From positions 4,094,001-4,150,383 of the forward strand of contig JASTWF010000036.1 of NCBI GenBank assembly GCA_030390025.1: a stretch of DNA of 56,383 bases, written 5' to 3'. A model generated the notes under the pieces. It was given only the letters and a program-made list of their open reading frames with translations. It did not search any database and had not been told where the DNA came from. Origin of the DNA: Squalus acanthias (taxonomy: Eukaryota). Shown in pieces: positions 50,101 to 56,383 of this stretch. The position numbers and the translations under genes were made by a program. Numbering within the stretch: position 1 is the first letter of the stretch; every line of letters begins with the position of its first letter.

Positions 50101-53100
50101 GCTTAAACCGCCCACTTTAAACTCTGCCAATCGCTTTAACCGCCCACGTTAAACTCGGCCAATCGCTTTAACCGCCCACGTTAAACTCGGCCAATCGCTT
50201 AAACCGCCCACATTAAACTTGGCCAATCGTTTAAACCACCCACATTAAACTCGGCCAATCGCTTTAACCGCCCACATTAAACTCGGCCAATCGTTTAAAA
50301 CCGCCCACATTAAACTCGGCCAATCGTTTAAACCGCCCACATTAAACTCGGCCAATCGCTTTAACCGCCCACGTTAAACTTGGCCAATCGCTTTAACCGC
50401 CCACGTTAAACTCGGACAATCGCTTAAACCGCCCACCTTAAACTCGGCCAATCGCTTTAACCGCCCATGTTAAACTCGGCCAATCGTTTAAACTGCCCAC
50501 GTTAAACTCGGCCAATCGCTTAAACCGCCCACGTTAAACTCGGCAATCGTTTAAACCGCCCACGTTAAACTCGGCCAATTGCTTTAACCGCCCACCTTAA
50601 ACTCGGCCAATCGCTTAAACCGCCCACGTTAAACTCTGCCAATCGCTTTAACCGCCCACGTTAAACTCGGCCAATCGCTTTAACCGCCCACGTTAAACTC
50701 GGCCAATCGCTTAAACCGCCCACATTAAACTTGGCCAATCGTTTAAACCGCCCACATTAAACTCGGCCAATCGCTTTAACCGCCCACATTAAACTCGGTC
50801 AATCGTTTAAACCGCCCACATTAAACTCGGCCAATCGTTTAAACCGCCCACATTAAACTCGGCCAATCGCTTTAACCGCCCACGTTAAACTCGGCCAATC
50901 GCTTTAACCGCCCACGTTAAACTCGGCCAATCGCTTAAACCGCCCACATTAAACTCGGCCAATCGCTTTAACCGCCCATGTTAAACTCGGCCAATCGCTT
51001 TAACCGCCCACATTAAACTCGGCCAATCGTTTAAACCGCACATGTTTAACTCGGTCAATCGCTTTAACCGCCCATGTTAAACTCGGCCAATCGCTTTAAC
51101 CGCCCACATTGAACTCGGCCAATCGCTTTAACCGCCCACATTAAACTTCGGCAATCGTTTAAACCGCCCACGTTAAACTCGGCCAATCGCTTAAACCGCC
51201 CACGTTTAACTCGGCCAATCGCTTTAACCGCCCACATTAAACTCGGCCAATCGCTTTAACCGCCCACATTAAACTCGGCCAATCGCTTTAACCGCCCACA
51301 TTAAACTCGGCCAATCGCTTTAACCGCCCACATTAAACTCGGCCAATCGCTTTAACCGCCCACATTAAACTCGGCCAATCGCTTAAACCGCCCACATTAA
51401 ACTCGGCCAATCGCTTAAACCGCTCACGTAAAACTAGGCCAATCGTTTAAACCGCCCACATTAAACTCGGCCAATCGCTTTAACCGCCCACATTAAACTC
51501 GGCCAATCGCTTTAACCGCCCACGTTAAACTCGGCCAATCGTTTAAACCGCCCACATTAAACTCGGCCAATCGCGTAAACCGCCCACCTTAAACTCGGCC
51601 AATCGCTTTAACCGCGCACGTTAAACTCGGCCAATCGTTTAAACCGCCCACATTAAACTCGGCCAATCGGTTAAACCGCCCACATTAAACTCGGCCAATC
51701 GCTTTAACCGCCCACATTAAACTCGGCCAATCGCTTTAACCGCCCAAATTAAACTCGGACAATCGTTTAAACCGCCCACATTAAACTCGGCCAATCGCTT
51801 AAACCGCCCACATTAAACTCGGCCAATCGCTTTAACCGCGCACGTTAAACTCGGCCAATCGCTTAAACCGCCCACGTTAAACTCGGCCAATCGCTTAAAC
51901 CGCCCAAGTTAAACTCTGCCAATCGCTTTAACCGCCCACGTTAAACTCGGCCAATCGCTTTAACCGCCCACGTTAAACTCGGCCAATCGCTTAAACCGCC
52001 CACATTAAACTCGGCCAATCGCTTTAACCACCCACGTTAAACTCGGCCAATCGTTTAAACCGCTCACATTAAACTCGGCCAATCGTTTAAACCGTCCATA
52101 TTAAACTCGGCGAATCACTTTAACCACCCACATTAAACTCGGCCAATCGCTTTAACCGCCCACATTAAACTCGGCCAATCGTTTAAACCGCCCACGTTAA
52201 ACTCGGCCAATCGCTTTAACCGCCCACGTTAAACTCGGCCAATCGCTTAAACCGCCCACGTTAAACTCGGCCAATCGCTTAAACCGCCCACATTAAACTC
52301 GGCCAATCGCTTCAACCGCCCACGTTAAACTCGGCCAATCGCTTTAACCGCCCACATTAAACTCGGCCAATCGCTTAAACCGCCCACATTAAACTCGGCC
52401 AATCGCTTTAACTGCCCACGTTAAACTCGGCCAATCGCTTCAACCGCCCACATTAAACTCGGCCAATCGTTTAAACCGCCCACGTTAAACTCGGCCAATC
52501 GCTTAAACCGCCCACGTTAAACTCGGCCAATCGCTTTAACCGCCCACATTAAACTCGGCCAATCGCTTTAACCGCCCACGTTAAACTCGGCCAATCGCTT
52601 TAACTGCCCACGTTAAACTCGGCCAATCGCTTTAAACCGCCCACATTAAACTCGGCCAATCGCTTAAACCGCCCACATTAAACTCGGCCAATCGCTTAAA
52701 CCGCCCACGTTAAACTCGGCCAATCGCTTTAACCGCCCACATTAAACTCGGCCAATCGCTTAAACCGCCCATGTTAAACTCGGCCAATCGCTTTAACCGC
52801 CCACATTAAACTCGGCCAATCGCTTTAACCGCCCACATTAAACTCGGCCAATCGCTTCAACCGCCCACATTAAACTCGGCCAATCGTTTAAACGGCCCTC
52901 GTTAAACTCGGCCAATCGCTTAAACGGCCCACGTTAAACTCGGCCAATCGTTTAAACCGCCCACGTTAAACTCGGCCAATCGCTTAAACCGCCCACGTTA
53001 AACTCGGCCAATCGTTTAAACCGCCCACGTTAAACTCGGCCAATCGCTTAAACCGCCCACATTAAACTCGGCCAATCGCGTAAACCGCCCACCTTAAACT

Positions 53101-56100
53101 CGGCCAATCGCTTTAACCGGCCACGTTAAACTCGGCCAATCGTTTAAACCGCCCACATTAAACTCGGCCAAGCGTTTAAACCGCCCACGTTAAACTCGGC
53201 CAATCGCTTAAACCGCCCACGTTAAACTCGGCAATCGTTTAAACCGCCCACGTTAAACTCGGCCAATTGCTTTAACCGCCCACCTTAAACTCGGCCAATC
53301 GCTTAAACCGCCCACTTTAAACTCTGCCAATCGCTTTAACCGCCCACGTTAAACTCGGCCAATCGCTTTAACCGCCCACGTTAAACTCGGCCAATCGCTT
53401 AAACCGCCCACATTAAACTTGGCCAATCGTTTAAACCACCCACATTAAACTCGGCCAATCGCTTTAACCGCCCACATTAAACTCGGCCAATCGTTTAAAC
53501 CGCCCACATTAAACTCGGCCAATCGTTTAAACCGCCCACATTAAACTCGGCCAATCGCTTTAACCGCCCACGTTAAACTTGGCCAATCGCTTTAACCGCC
53601 CACGTTAAACTCGGACAATCGCTTAAACCGCCCACATTAAACTCGGCCAATCGCTTTAACCGCCCATGTTAAACTCGGCCAATCGTTTAAACTGCCCACG
53701 TTAAACTCGGCCAATCGCTTAAACCGCCCACGTTAAACTCGGCAATCGTTTAAACCGCCCACGTTAAACTCGGCCAATTGCTTTAACCGCCCACCTTAAA
53801 CTCGGCCAATCGCTTAAACCGCCCACGTTAAACTCTGCCAATCGCTTTAACCGCCCACGTTAAACTCGGCCAATCGCTTTAACCGCCCACGTTAAACTCG
53901 GCCAATCGCTTAAACCGCCCACATTAAACTTGGCCAATCGTTTAAACCGCCCACATTAAACTCGGCCAATCGCTTTAACCGCCCACATTAAACTCGGTCA
54001 ATCGTTTAAACCGCCCACATTAAACTCGGCCAATCGTTTAAACCGCCCACATTAAACTCGGCCAATCGCTTTAACCGCCCAAGTTAAACTCGGCCAATCG
54101 CTTTAACCGCCCACGTTAAACTCGGCCAATCGCTTAAACCGCCCACATTAAACTCGGCCAATCGCTTTAACCGCCCATGTTAAACTCGGCCAATCGCTTT
54201 AACCGCCCACATTAAACTCGGCCAATCGTTTAAACCGCACATGTTTAACTCGGTCAATCGCTTTAACCGCCCATGTTAAACTCGGCCAATCGCTTTAACC
54301 GCCCACATTGAACTCGGCCAATCGCTTTAACCGCCCACATTAAACTTCGGCAATCGTTTAAACCGCCCACGTTAAACTCGGCCAATCGCTTAAACCGCCC
54401 ACGTTTAACTCGGCGAATCGCTTTAACCGCCCACATTAAACTCGGCCAATCGCTTTAACCGCCCACATTAAACTCGGCCAATCGCTTTAACCGCCCACAT
54501 TAAACTCGGCCAATCGCTTTAACCGCCCACATTAAACTCGGCCAATCGCTTTAACCGCCCACATTAAACTCGGCCAATCGCTTAAACCGCCCACATTAAA
54601 CTCGGCCAATCGCTTAAACCGCTCACGTAAAACTAGGCCAATCGTTTAAACCGCCCACATTAAACTCGGCCAATCGCTTTAACCGCCCACATTAAACTCG
54701 GCCAATCGCTTTAACCGCCCACGTTAAACTCGGCCAATCGTTTAAACCGCCCACATTAAACTCGGCCAATCGCGTAAACCGCCCACCTTAAACTCGGCCA
54801 ATCGCTTTAACCGCGCACGTTAAACTCGGCCAATCGTTTAAACCGCCCACATTAAACTCGGCCAATCGGTTAAAACCGCCCACATTAAACTCGGCCAATC
54901 GCTTTAACCGCCCACATTAAACTCGGCCAATCGCTTTAACCGCCCAAATTAAACTCGGACAATCGTTTAAACCGCCCACATTAAACTCGGCCAATCGCTT
55001 AAACCGCCCACATTAAACTCGGCCAATCGCTTTAACCGCGCACGTTAAACTCGGCCAATCGCTTAAACCGCCCACGTTAAACTCGGCCAATCGCTTAAAC
55101 CGCCCAAGTTAAACTCTGCCAATCGCTTTAACCGCCCACGTTAAACTCGGCCAATCGCTTTAACCGCCCACGTTAAACTCGGCCAATCGCTTAAACCGCC
55201 CACATTAAACTTGGCCAATCGTTTAAACCGCCCACATTAAACTCGGCCAATCGCTTTAACCGCCCACATTAAACTCGGCCAATCGTTTAAACCGCCCACA
55301 TTAAACTCGGCCAATCGTTTAAACCGCCCACATTAAACTCGGCCAATCGCTTTAACCGCCCACGTTAAACTCGGCCAATCGCTTTAACCGCCCACGTTAA
55401 ACTCGGCCAATCGCTTAAACCGCCCACATTAAACTCGGCCAATCGCTTTAACCGCCCATGTTAAACTCGGCCAATCGCTTTAACCGCCCACATTAAACTC
55501 GGCCAATCGTTTAAACCGCACATGTTTAACTCGGTCAATCGCTTTAACCGCCCATGTTAAACTCGGCCAATCGCTTTAACCGCCCACATTGAACTCGGCC
55601 AATCGCTTTAACCGCCCACATTAAACTTCGGCAATCGTTTAAACCGCCCACGTTAAACTCGGCCAATCGCTTAAACCGCCCACGTTTAACTCGGCCAATC
55701 GCTTTAACCGCCCACATTAAACTCGGCCAATCGCTTTAACCGCCCACATTAAACTCGGCCAATCGCTTTAACCGCCCACATTAAACTCGGCCAATCGCTT
55801 TAACCGCCCACATTAAACTCGGCCAATCGCTTTAACCGCCCACATTAAACTCGGCCAATCGCTTAAACCGCCCACATTAAACTCGGCCAATCGCTTAAAC
55901 CGCTCACGTAAAACTAGGCCAATCGTTTAAACCGCCCACATTAAACTCGGCCAATCGCTTTAACCGCCCACATTAAACTCGGCCAATCGCTTTAACCGCC
56001 CACGTTAAACTCGGCCAATCGTTTAAACCGCCCACATTAAACTCGGCCAATCGCGTAAACCGCCCACCTTAAACTCGGCCAATCGCTTTAACCGCGCACT

Positions 56101-56383
56101 TTAAACTCGGCCAATCGTTTAAACCGCCCACATTAAACTCGGCCAATCGGTTAAACCGCCCACATTAAACTCGGCCAATCGCTTCAACCGCCCACATTAA
56201 ACTCGGCCAATCGCTTTAACCGCCCACATTAAACTCGGACAATCGTTTAAACCGCCCACATTAAACTCGGCCAATCGCTTAAACCGCCCACATTAAACTC
56301 GGCCAATCGCTTTAACCGCGCACGTTAAACTCGGCCAATCGCTTAAACCGCCCACATTAAACTCGGCCAATCGCTTAAACCGC
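41149..56383. repeat. 32-bp satellite (~475 units, open at the right edge) with higher-order structure
   Basis: Unit ttaaactcggccaatcgctttaaccgcccac(a/g); the 32-bp period was checked at 41161/41193 and 45001/45033. Confidence 0.98.

Noticed and set aside
41149..56383. CRISPR-like 32-bp periodicity
   Set aside because: Units are head-to-tail with no unique spacers, there are no cas genes, and the context is vertebrate.

Overview
Repeat-saturated vertebrate genomic DNA, most likely from a cartilaginous fish (inferred from the CR1, L2, DeuSINE and Penelope repertoire). The first ~41 kb is a nested mosaic of 5'-truncated CR1 and L2 LINEs, tRNA-headed SINEs, Penelope-like elements (PLEs) with 11-13 bp target-site duplications (TSDs), a fossil two-ORF PIF/Harbinger transposon and two Harbinger-type MITEs. 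The PLEs carry five minimal hammerhead ribozyme motifs plus a decayed one. There are four tandem arrays: a 42-mer derived from the CR1 3' end, a 30-mer derived from a SINE, a ~5 kb GA-rich tract, and a >15 kb 32-mer satellite (41149 to the window end). Each unit of that satellite carries a consensus CCAAT box and a GC box, and the array has 38/40-mer and 100-mer higher-order repeats. A CpG-island promoter lies at ~18.4-19.1 kb. Several short minus-strand exon candidates suggest one or two host genes that I cannot name. All coordinates, alignments and translations were done by eye.
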